This document shows, piece after piece, positions 49,543 through 57,781 of a DNA stretch of 64,000 bases. Origin of the DNA: a virus (Duplodnaviria; Heunggongvirae; Uroviricota; Caudoviricetes); the IMG/VR virus record IMGVR_UViG_2721755676_000001; one strand, given 5' to 3'. The notes below the pieces were generated by a model. That model was not told the origin of the DNA and made no database searches. It worked only from the letters and a program-made list of their open reading frames with translations. The stretch's first letter is position 1. The number at the start of each line of letters is the position of its first letter. The translations under genes and the position numbers were made by a program.

Positions 49543-49962
49543 ATGCTAAATTATCATGACAATACGCGTTCTATGCAGACGATCCGCACCAATACTGCGG
49601 TCATCGACAGCTTTCCTATGCGTATTCACAACAGTGAAGACGCAGTAGAAGTGCGACGTATGTTGTGCCGTGAATCAGCTAACCGCCAGCACTTCATCGT
49701 CACTTTTAAGAGCGATGTGGCGCGTGCCGAAAAGATCTCTAATTCTACGTCACTGGTTAAACCGTTGGCCGAGGTTGTCGCTAACGGTAAACGAACCTCT
49801 TTTGTTTTAGATGTTGCTGAACAATATCCTGACTTGAAGTGTTTAGATCGTGATATTTCTTCACGAATCAAACAAGTTGTAGAGTCTTTTATGAAGAAAT
49901 TCTGTAAAATCGATGATATGGAACCATCAACGGCACAGAATACTTCATGGCACCATCTCTAA
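49543..49962 (+). CDS. hypothetical protein (139 aa)
   Basis: ORF after a 220-bp hairpin-rich intergenic region. Confidence 0.45.
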   Translation: MLNYHDNTRSMQTIRTNTAVIDSFPMRIHNSEDAVEVRRMLCRESANRQHFIVTFKSDVARAEKISNSTSLVKPLAEVVANGKRTSFVLDVAEQYPDLKCLDRDISSRIKQVVESFMKKFCKIDDMEPSTAQNTSWHHL

Positions 49963-50720
49963 TTGGTCAGGCGAACAGATTAATCCCTGAAATAGAAGAC
50001 TACAGCAAGGTCTTGTCTGAAATGCCGAGAGCGACGAGAATTATCGCTCTCGGTGAGTTCTATTTTATCTCCCGAGGTTTCGATCTAATTCGATTTACCG
50101 AATACGAGCTTGTTGATTCGGCCTATGAACGCTGTATTGTTGGCGAGTGTCTTGAGTCATGTGATCCTGATTACCAAGAGCAGGAAGTTAAGCGACTCAA
50201 ACGTGCTGGTTACACACCTCTTGAGATAGGAGCAGAAATTGAATCCTACAAGTTGCATGTGGGGCAGCCAGTCCAAACAGTCTTCCGCGTGGCCTACTGC
50301 GAGTTTCCAATCAAGGATAAATCTGGAGTAAAAGTCAGCGCCAAGCAGATTAGAGGGGTTTTTACTCATGCTGATTATATGGGATTAGGCATCGCAAGTT
50401 TTGCTTACCTTTATCTCGTAGATAAGTATCAGTACTTGGTTTGCGATACGTTACAGACGGTAAAAGGCGCAACTCTTTGGGCTGTGAGTATGCGCAAACA
50501 TGGACTGGTCGAAATTTACGATACGAAGAACGAAAATTTTATAGAGGAATTGGGTGAGGATGCCTGTGGCGTAAGTGGTTTTATTCCGTGGGATATCGGT
50601 AAGTCTGACGGAGGCCAGATGCGAAGACGTGAAGAGTGGGGGACTAATAAAATCAATCTCACCCCAGGTGCTTGTACTCATATAGTGAACATTCTGACTA
50701 AACGATCTATGAATCAATAA
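49947..50720 (+). CDS. hypothetical protein (257 aa)
   Basis: Overlaps the preceding gene end; followed by a strong terminator. Confidence 0.45.
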   Translation: MAPSLIGQANRLIPEIEDYSKVLSEMPRATRIIALGEFYFISRGFDLIRFTEYELVDSAYERCIVGECLESCDPDYQEQEVKRLKRAGYTPLEIGAEIESYKLHVGQPVQTVFRVAYCEFPIKDKSGVKVSAKQIRGVFTHADYMGLGIASFAYLYLVDKYQYLVCDTLQTVKGATLWAVSMRKHGLVEIYDTKNENFIEELGEDACGVSGFIPWDIGKSDGGQMRRREEWGTNKINLTPGACTHIVNILTKRSMNQ

Positions 50721-50741
50721 ACCCGCTACGGCGGGTTTTTT
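50721..50741 (+). terminator. intrinsic terminator
   Basis: CCCGC tacg GCGGG followed by T6. Confidence 0.7.
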
Positions 50742-50810
50742 GTTATTAAGCCCCCCCTATGTACCTATCATTAAACCTTTACACCGCAGCCGTAGGCATT
50801 TAGGCTATAT

Positions 50811-50834
50811 CACATATAAGAAAACAAGTTGTTT
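50811..50834 (+). promoter_or_regulatory. class I operator upstream of parA (CATATAAGAAAACAAGTTGTTT)
   Basis: Same TATAAGAAAACAA junction as at 5025-5046. Confidence 0.45.
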
Positions 50835-50869
50835 CAGACGATAATTATATACGCAAAGGGAACTCTCCA

Positions 50870-51538
50870 ATGACCAAGATCTTTGTGGTTGGCGGCACAA
50901 AGGGCGGGCCTGGCAAATCCACCGTTGCCCAGCAAATTGCCGTTTGCCTGAAAGTCAAAAAGAAGAAGAAGGTTTATATTACCGATATAGATATTCAGCG
51001 CACGACAACGAGCTGGTGTGAAGACCGTCGACAGAACGAAGACCTTGAGCTGATTCCTTTTGCATACGTTCAGGATGACATCATTAAGCACCTAAAATCG
51101 CTTCAGGGTAGAGCTGAGTTTGTAGTGGTAGATGCTGGTGGCTTCGACTCCGAAATTCAGCGACAAGCGATGCTGATGGCTGACGTTATCATTATCCCGC
51201 TGCGTCCTAAGCGTCGTGATTTGAAATCTTTACGTGACATCGATCCTATTATCGACAATGTTCGCAATGTAAACGATAAAGTGAAGGTCCGCGCGGTCAT
51301 GAACCAGTGCCCGGCTTTGCCATCACAAGTGTCTCGCATTCTGGCGGCTAAAGAGATTGTTGAGACGTTTGGAATCGAGTCTGCGCCAGTCAATCTATAT
51401 AACCGCAACGTCTATGATGATGCGGAAGAGTCTGGTCGTTCTATCTTTGAAATGACCGGTAGCGAGCGCGACAAAAAGGCGGAAGCCGAGTTTGAAGAAT
51501 TTGTAGATTATCTGTTGAGTCTGGAGGAAGAAGAATAA
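50870..51538 (+). CDS. ParA-family partition ATPase (small, Type Ib-like)
   Basis: Deviant Walker A GGTKGGPGKST; 222 aa with no N-terminal HTH; acidic tail. Confidence 0.85.
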   Translation: MTKIFVVGGTKGGPGKSTVAQQIAVCLKVKKKKKVYITDIDIQRTTTSWCEDRRQNEDLELIPFAYVQDDIIKHLKSLQGRAEFVVVDAGGFDSEIQRQAMLMADVIIIPLRPKRRDLKSLRDIDPIIDNVRNVNDKVKVRAVMNQCPALPSQVSRILAAKEIVETFGIESAPVNLYNRNVYDDAEESGRSIFEMTGSERDKKAEAEFEEFVDYLLSLEEEE

Positions 51539-51897
51539 TGTCCATGAAAATGGGTGACCTAGCAAAGCGCAAAGAGCCTGATGCACCGGCTAAGAACACA
51601 ACTCCTTTGCGCCAACCAGTCAGACCACAGGGACGCCCGACTCGTGGCAAAGAGAAAATTAAAAGCCGCACAATGTCACTGGAGGACGAATACTTCGAAC
51701 TGCTGGAGATGATGAAGTTCATCCCTCGCTTCGAGAAGTTCACTCGTTCTGACGTGATTCGAGCAGCCATTTTCCATCTGGCAGAGAAGTCACCGCAGGA
51801 AATCGAGGACATCGTGAAATTGAATGAGGCGATCACCGCTGCCGATGTCACGATGCGTACCGATGAAATCAAACGAGAGTTGATGAAGAAAGGTTAA
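51538..51897 (+). CDS. putative ribbon-helix-helix centromere-binding partner (ParG-like)
   Basis: ATGA overlap with parA; basic disordered N-terminus and RHH-like KSRTMSLEDEYFELLEMM segment. Confidence 0.55.
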   Translation: MSMKMGDLAKRKEPDAPAKNTTPLRQPVRPQGRPTRGKEKIKSRTMSLEDEYFELLEMMKFIPRFEKFTRSDVIRAAIFHLAEKSPQEIEDIVKLNEAITAADVTMRTDEIKRELMKKG

Positions 51898-51902
51898 AAA
51901 TC

Positions 51903-51933
51903 ATGCATTGGCGCGTACATTGCGCCAATGCAT
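51903..51933 (-). terminator. terminator hairpin (12-bp perfect stem) between convergent genes
   Basis: ATGCATTGGCGC gtacatt GCGCCAATGCAT; T-run only on the minus-strand side. Confidence 0.6.
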
Positions 51934-51949
51934 AACTACAGTGTCAGCT

Positions 51950-52717
51950 TTATGCCGCGCTAACACTATGTTCAGTCCTAACCACCCCAACCTTCACAAA
52001 AGGGCTACCGTAGCTTGGTGGCTTCTTGATTAATTTGCCTACATACAGTTTTCTAATATGCTCATCGGCTATTCTGCCAACAAATTCATAACGTTTTGTG
52101 TCGGGGCCAAGAGCTATATCCCTTGTAAAGTACTGCTGAGAACCGGCTTTGACCCAGCATTCAATCTGATAAACTTCCATTATCAGCCCACCATATGTAG
52201 CGTAGGCATATTTGAGATTCTCGTCTCTTGGAACCTTTGCCCATACGCCACGCGTAGCTTCATATAATGCCAGAGCGGACATTCCTGACTTGTAGGTGCT
52301 GTTTAGCAGGAAGGCAAGACCGGCGTGCTCAGGAGCAATTTCAGTTTCCTCTTGCAGCACTAAGTGATGGTAGGCGTCCAGTGATATTCTGCCCATCATG
52401 GAACCACTTCCTCGTACCTTATTCGTAAGCTCTCCGACCCCCATAAGGTCGATGCATGTCGCCTCAACAAGTTTGGCTGTGGTTTCATCCATACCATGAC
52501 GAAGTATATCTATGCCTAATTTTTTATTAGCCAAAAGTTCTTTGATCCGCATGGATTTGGGAGAGTCATCGGGATACTTGATGTGATCGAGACAACGAGT
52601 CGATTTGCCTTTTCCTATGTAAAACGGTCTTTTCATCTTGTCTTCTGTATCATAGAGACAGTAAACATAGTATTTAGCCTTATCCAATGATCTCGCGTAT
52701 ACCGATAAATCGTCCAT
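51950..52717 (-). CDS. GIY-YIG nuclease-domain protein (255 aa)
   Basis: N-terminal YYVYCLYD...RPFYIGKGK motif; C-terminal ~150 aa of unknown type. Confidence 0.6.
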   Translation of the reverse strand: MDDLSVYARSLDKAKYYVYCLYDTEDKMKRPFYIGKGKSTRCLDHIKYPDDSPKSMRIKELLANKKLGIDILRHGMDETTAKLVEATCIDLMGVGELTNKVRGSGSMMGRISLDAYHHLVLQEETEIAPEHAGLAFLLNSTYKSGMSALALYEATRGVWAKVPRDENLKYAYATYGGLIMEVYQIECWVKAGSQQYFTRDIALGPDTKRYEFVGRIADEHIRKLYVGKLIKKPPSYGSPFVKVGVVRTEHSVSAA

Positions 52718-52828
52718 TATTGCATCTCTTTGCTACTGACTAATGCGTTCTATTTTACACATAAGTTTTTAATCAATTTAACAGGCTCAAAGTGTAGAGC
52801 TTCTGGGCGTCTAAGACGACAAGTTATG

Positions 52829-52881
52829 CCTGCTTCTGTATATAAATAATAAGTAACTTATTAAATATATACGGAAGCAGG
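52829..52881. repeat. 53-bp near-perfect palindrome (copy B)
   Basis: Same sequence as 19815-19869 minus 2 bp; lies in the divergent region before the replication module. Confidence 0.7.
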
Positions 52882-52988
52882 TCTTTTAAAAGACACCACC
52901 AGAACAACTCCCTTCCGTTTCCACTTCCAAAAACTGCCACCAGTCGCTATCATCCGCTCATTGTGATAAGTAAGTAACTACCAACTAG

Positions 52989-53738
52989 GTGAGCCACATG
53001 AGCCAAATCTTTTTCGATACCATCGACAACGACCAGTACGACTTCATGACAGAGTGGAATACCGCTGTTATGGACAAGTGGGTCGCTGAAAACATTGGTT
53101 TGTCGCGCTGTAAAGACGAGGCTGAACTCTTCGAGACGAAGTGGTTTGATTACCGCGACATGCATCCTCTCATGGCCACCTGTCTTTTTACGGAGGCATA
53201 CAAACGTCAGTACTCAAATATCATGCTGACGCACGGTCGCGAACACTTTGAAACAGCTCCGTTCACCACCGGGTTAAAACGCCTGCCTTATCAGGAGTTG
53301 TCGACTGCCAATAAAACGTCGCTATGGAAAGCACGCCAGTTTGCGGATCGCTATTGCTGCTCATACGACTACTTTATCTCCACCGTTCTTTCCGCAGCTG
53401 CACGACGGCTGTGGGACAAGCTGCCGCGCCCACAGCATTTATGGCAGCCAGAACTGATTGAGATATTTGAAGAGAAATTAGCCAGACGCGCAACAACCCG
53501 TCTGGATGACTCTCTGGTTAGCTTTAAGCATATGGGAGACATGCAGTTCAACCCGATTCAGGAAAGCTATTTTGAGTGGATTCTGGAGCGTTTGCGCACC
53601 ATCCCTCGCAGCAAGCGCATACGCGCAATTTTCTCCGCTATCTGGCTAATGGAAATCGTTCCAGAGCGCCTTATTTCCGCCCACTTTCCAGAAGAACTGG
53701 AAGAAGCACGGCGGTTTATTGATCCCCTATCTAATTAA
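52989..53738 (+). CDS. hypothetical replication-associated protein (start GTG 52989 or ATG 52998)
   Basis: First gene of the replication operon; class II element TGATAAGTAAGTAA upstream; no NTP-binding motif. Confidence 0.45.
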   Translation: MSHMSQIFFDTIDNDQYDFMTEWNTAVMDKWVAENIGLSRCKDEAELFETKWFDYRDMHPLMATCLFTEAYKRQYSNIMLTHGREHFETAPFTTGLKRLPYQELSTANKTSLWKARQFADRYCCSYDYFISTVLSAAARRLWDKLPRPQHLWQPELIEIFEEKLARRATTRLDDSLVSFKHMGDMQFNPIQESYFEWILERLRTIPRSKRIRAIFSAIWLMEIVPERLISAHFPEELEEARRFIDPLSN

Positions 53739-53746
53739 CTAATACT

Positions 53747-53762
53747 AGAAAACAATTTGTTT
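53747..53762 (+). promoter_or_regulatory. class I operator (AGAAAACAATTTGTTT) upstream of the helicase gene
   Basis: Perfect palindrome 19 nt before the ATG. Confidence 0.45.
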
Positions 53763-53781
53763 AAAAAACAAAGGAAAGCAC

Positions 53782-55122
53782 ATGACCGAACTTTGCCATA
53801 CAGGACGCGGGCTGTCCGAAGAGTTTGATGAAGATTTCCAGAACAGACTGACGGCATATTTTTGTCGTGATCACGAGTTTCTTACTCGTGCGGGAGATCT
53901 GGTTGTGCCTAGCCAATTTGCCAATGCGGCCAATGCCATATTGGTTAATATGGTTTCGGGCTATTACCGTATGTACAAGAGCGCGCCCTCTTCATCTGCA
54001 ATTCTGGATATGCTTAAGCGTGCGAAACGCGATAAGACTATCCGTGAGGAACTATTCGCCGATGTTGTTGCTGCGTTTAAGCGCATTCTTGCAGAAAAAT
54101 TGTCCGATACCTCGTACATGGTTGACCAGGTATCAACCTTCGCAAAAAGTGTAGCGTTTGATGATGCTCTGATTAAGGCTGCTGAACTGAAAGAGAAAGG
54201 CGACTTTCACGGGGCGATGGCAATCATGGCCAAGGTTCAGCAGATTGGATCGAACGAAGCGACCGGAATCTATGACTACTACACCTCCGCAAGTGAGCGA
54301 TTGAAAGCGCGTGAATATGAGGCTTCAGAGGAGTATGTACCAAACAGTATTACAACTGGACTCCCTCTTCTCGATAGGTTGCTGTACCAAAAAGGCTGGG
54401 CAAAGCGCGAAATGGTGCTCTTCATGGGGTTCGCTAAATCCGGTAAATCGACCGCAATGGGTGAGTTTTCCATAAACGCAACACTTGCTGGCTACAATGT
54501 TCTGTATCTCTCGCTGGAGGTTCACACCACCATTTTATCCGACCGTTTTGATGCAAGATTGTCGGAGACGGAAATGTCCAAGCTGGTGGAACGGCGCGAT
54601 GAGGTTCATCGTAAGTTGGCAGAGTTGGGAGCCACGAAGGGGATTGGTAGTTTGTGGGTGGTTGAGCGTCCGTCAGGAAGTATGTCACCGGCAGATCTGG
54701 ACCGTATGCTTAACAGCATGAAAGCCAATGGCATGGTGCCTGACATGGTTGTTGTCGACTACGCAGATTTGATGCGTGCCAGTTATGATCTTCGTGATGA
54801 TCGCGCCAACATTCGTAGTATCTACACCGATTTACGTGCTCTTTATGACAAGCATAACGTTGCTGGGATCACGGCATCGCAGACAAACCGTGAAGGTGGC
54901 GCGTCAGAAGTTGCCACAATGATGCACGCTGCCGACAACATCGAAAAAGTACGTATTGCTGACCTGGTAATAACGATCAACAAAACCGAAGAAGAAGAAG
55001 CGAAAGGAGAGGCTCGTCTCTACTTTGCTGGTTCACGTAACCAGCAGGGAGGGATCAGCATTCGCGTTAAACAAAACCTCGAACAAATGCGCTTCATTGA
55101 GCGAATCTTAGACGTTACCTAA
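53782..55122 (+). CDS. DnaB-like replicative helicase
   Basis: RecA-type core: Walker A GFAKSGKST, Walker B VVVDYADLM, ITASQTNREG. Confidence 0.8.
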   Translation: MTELCHTGRGLSEEFDEDFQNRLTAYFCRDHEFLTRAGDLVVPSQFANAANAILVNMVSGYYRMYKSAPSSSAILDMLKRAKRDKTIREELFADVVAAFKRILAEKLSDTSYMVDQVSTFAKSVAFDDALIKAAELKEKGDFHGAMAIMAKVQQIGSNEATGIYDYYTSASERLKAREYEASEEYVPNSITTGLPLLDRLLYQKGWAKREMVLFMGFAKSGKSTAMGEFSINATLAGYNVLYLSLEVHTTILSDRFDARLSETEMSKLVERRDEVHRKLAELGATKGIGSLWVVERPSGSMSPADLDRMLNSMKANGMVPDMVVVDYADLMRASYDLRDDRANIRSIYTDLRALYDKHNVAGITASQTNREGGASEVATMMHAADNIEKVRIADLVITINKTEEEEAKGEARLYFAGSRNQQGGISIRVKQNLEQMRFIERILDVT

Positions 55123-55203
55123 AAAATAAGCGTGGAGAACACCTCCACGCTTGATTCATTGGTGAAACAACTTTTCTTTTGCCAAACCACAAAAGAAAAA
55201 CAC

Positions 55204-56385
55204 ATGAGCCTTTATGTTATATCAACATTTAGGTTGGTCACAATATTGCCTGTTAAAAGTGGAATTATCGTGAGCGAGCTGAAAGAGCTAATTACCGAAT
55301 TAGATTTTGAACAATGGTTGGATACTGAAGGTATCGTTTATCGACGTGGAGGCGTGAGTACTCGCGGTCGTGAAGTGAATATCAAGGAGTGTCCGGTATG
55401 TGGCAGCTCCAACTGGAAGGTATATTTCAATCTGACCAGTGGCGTCGGTAAATGCTTCGCTGGTGATCATCCCGAAGAGATTCAGTTCAATAAGCTGGTC
55501 TTCCTCAAGCACTACAGCGGCAAATCACGACGACAGTTCGAGGAATATGTGCAGAACGCCCTTCTTTCCCAGGGGTGGGCACCAAAGAAAGAAGAGCTAG
55601 TGCTTGCAAGCACAGTCGAGTTAGAGGGGCCAGTTGCACTCCCTCGTCATTACGAGCTTCCTATAGATGGCCGTCTTCCAGACTATCTGGTTGAACGAAA
55701 CATATCGCCTGAAATGGCAAAGTATTTTGACCTACGATACTGCGTCGAAGGCAAGTACGCCTATGTAGATCCGTATACAGATCAGGTTAAAGGACAGATA
55801 TTCGATATGCGAATACTGATACCGGTTTACGATCTGGATGGGGTAATGAAGACATTTCAGGGACGAGACATTACCGGTACAGCAGAACGCCGCTACCTCT
55901 TTCCTATGCAACTTCCAGCTTCAGGTAAGTTTCTCTACAACGGCCATAATGCAGTCGGCAAACAGACTGTAGTTGTCTGTGAGGGGGCGTTCGATGTTAT
56001 GGGGGTTAAACGAGCTATTTTTGACGAAGAAACATTACGTGATTACGTGGAACCAATAGGAACGTTCGGGATGCATCTATCTGGTAACACCACTCAGGAT
56101 GCAGAAGATCAGTTAGGCGCGTTCCTGACGCTCAAGGCGCGTGGGTTACGTAATGTGATCATGATGTGGGATAGTGAAAAGCAAGCTATACGCAACACTA
56201 TGGCCGCAGCCAGGCGACTGACCAGTATCGGTCTTAATGTCAAAGTTGCGTGTTTGGGTGAGGAAGGACTCGACCCGGGCGGTGCAACGCCAGAACAAAT
56301 TATCAAAGCCTATTATCGGGCAAAACCGTATACCAAACAGTTGGAGTTGCAAAGCAAGGTTTTGGGCATTAAGGCTCTATCATAA
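55204..56385 (+). CDS. DNA primase (zinc ribbon + Toprim)
   Basis: CPVCGSSNW...C..GDH zinc-binding element and VVCEGAFDVMG Toprim motif; ATG 55204 chosen because the listed 55132 start spans the upstream regulatory motif. Confidence 0.7.
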   Translation: MSLYVISTFRLVTILPVKSGIIVSELKELITELDFEQWLDTEGIVYRRGGVSTRGREVNIKECPVCGSSNWKVYFNLTSGVGKCFAGDHPEEIQFNKLVFLKHYSGKSRRQFEEYVQNALLSQGWAPKKEELVLASTVELEGPVALPRHYELPIDGRLPDYLVERNISPEMAKYFDLRYCVEGKYAYVDPYTDQVKGQIFDMRILIPVYDLDGVMKTFQGRDITGTAERRYLFPMQLPASGKFLYNGHNAVGKQTVVVCEGAFDVMGVKRAIFDEETLRDYVEPIGTFGMHLSGNTTQDAEDQLGAFLTLKARGLRNVIMMWDSEKQAIRNTMAAARRLTSIGLNVKVACLGEEGLDPGGATPEQIIKAYYRAKPYTKQLELQSKVLGIKALS

Positions 56386-56460
56386 CAATCACCTTTAAAA
56401 TAAGTAGATGATTACTTATCTTTCTGTGAGAATACTTTCATCTGTTAGCTAGGAGTTGGT

Positions 56461-57243
56461 ATGAAAGACGAAATTCAGAAATTAGCCTGCGACATCATTG
56501 ATAAAACTGGTTTAGAAATCAGCGAGAGCAATCGGCTAGACATCATTGAAAAAGCCGTAAAAACAGCAATGGATCATATCGCCACTCGTTTGGTCGAGAT
56601 CCCGCTACCGGGGCTACCTTATCTGAAGGTTAAGTTACACGTATGGGGTGAACCTTCTTGTGCACGGCGTTCTGCATTAGTTGTTTTTATTAGCAAAGAA
56701 AACCCGATCAGTCTTAAAGTGCAGGTTGGGGCATGGATGGATGGCAAAGTGATCTACACAAATACCGTTTTTTGTGCGTCAAATGACAGTATTATTGAAG
56801 AGGCTATTCAAGAATCACTTCTAACTATGCATAGCTTATTTTTGCTGGAAGACAAGCAAAACTACGAAGAGTACTTGCGGTCGATAAAAGGTGAGAGAAC
56901 ATTGTCACTTAAAGCCGATTTCGTTACCCCGACAAACCTGTTGGAAGTCTTGCTTAATAAAGGGGCTAATGATGCCGTAAATGTAATCAGAGAGAGTGAG
57001 TATGCGTCTCTTTGCGACATGTGCAAAAGCCAGTTGGATCTGGTGCATATCGTTATTGATGCTGGGAAGGCATGTGATGGCGTAATGGCGGAGTTTGCTG
57101 GGAAGATGGTCAGGATTGCTAACGAATTACCGATGATAGAGCAAGAGGCTAAATCATACGCCACCAATCATGTCACAGAGCTTCTTGTCCCCTATCGCTT
57201 AGAAAGCGATCAGCGCAAGATGATTAGCTGGGGAAGTTGGTAA
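56461..57243 (+). CDS. hypothetical protein (260 aa)
   Basis: Class II palindrome ATAAGTAgatgatTACTTAT upstream. Confidence 0.45.
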   Translation: MKDEIQKLACDIIDKTGLEISESNRLDIIEKAVKTAMDHIATRLVEIPLPGLPYLKVKLHVWGEPSCARRSALVVFISKENPISLKVQVGAWMDGKVIYTNTVFCASNDSIIEEAIQESLLTMHSLFLLEDKQNYEEYLRSIKGERTLSLKADFVTPTNLLEVLLNKGANDAVNVIRESEYASLCDMCKSQLDLVHIVIDAGKACDGVMAEFAGKMVRIANELPMIEQEAKSYATNHVTELLVPYRLESDQRKMISWGSW

Positions 57244-57298
57244 GCTCTCAGTGTGTCGTTTTTTACGCAAATAATGATAGGTAAGCACAAGATTATTT

Positions 57299-57781
57299 TT
57301 GGCGGTAATTGTGAAAGCTGATTTGTCAAAAATCCCCTCTATTTCAGGAAATAATGGTTATTCACTTCGTTGTGAGGAAGTAAAGATAAACGGTGAGTCG
57401 GCATATTGCAGCTACTCCGTTTGCCAGCACACCATTCTTGCCTTCAAAGAAAACCGTCTTCCTCGAACTTCATTCCAGTCGTGCGCAACCGCTATCAAAG
57501 CAGGCAAATGCAAGGCGTTAAAAATGATGGTTGAAGAGATTCGTAAAGGAGAATCTCTGTATTTCGAAGATATGACCGCGCTCATTAAGGAGGTTGAAGA
57601 ACGGAATAAACAAGCCAGAACTTTAAAACGAAAACGTGACAGTGTAACGATTAATAGCATGGTTAAGAAGAGCACCACATCACAAACAGCGATCACTGAC
57701 GTGTATGCGGCGTTGCTTGAAGAAACAACAAAAGAAACACATGAGCAAATCGATCAACATATGGAGGTAAAACAACAATGA
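57299..57781 (+). CDS. hypothetical Cys-rich protein (160 aa; start uncertain, TTG 57299 or GTG 57311)
   Basis: ORF with class II element upstream; overlaps the ligase start. Confidence 0.4.
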   Translation: MAVIVKADLSKIPSISGNNGYSLRCEEVKINGESAYCSYSVCQHTILAFKENRLPRTSFQSCATAIKAGKCKALKMMVEEIRKGESLYFEDMTALIKEVEERNKQARTLKRKRDSVTINSMVKKSTTSQTAITDVYAALLEETTKETHEQIDQHMEVKQQ

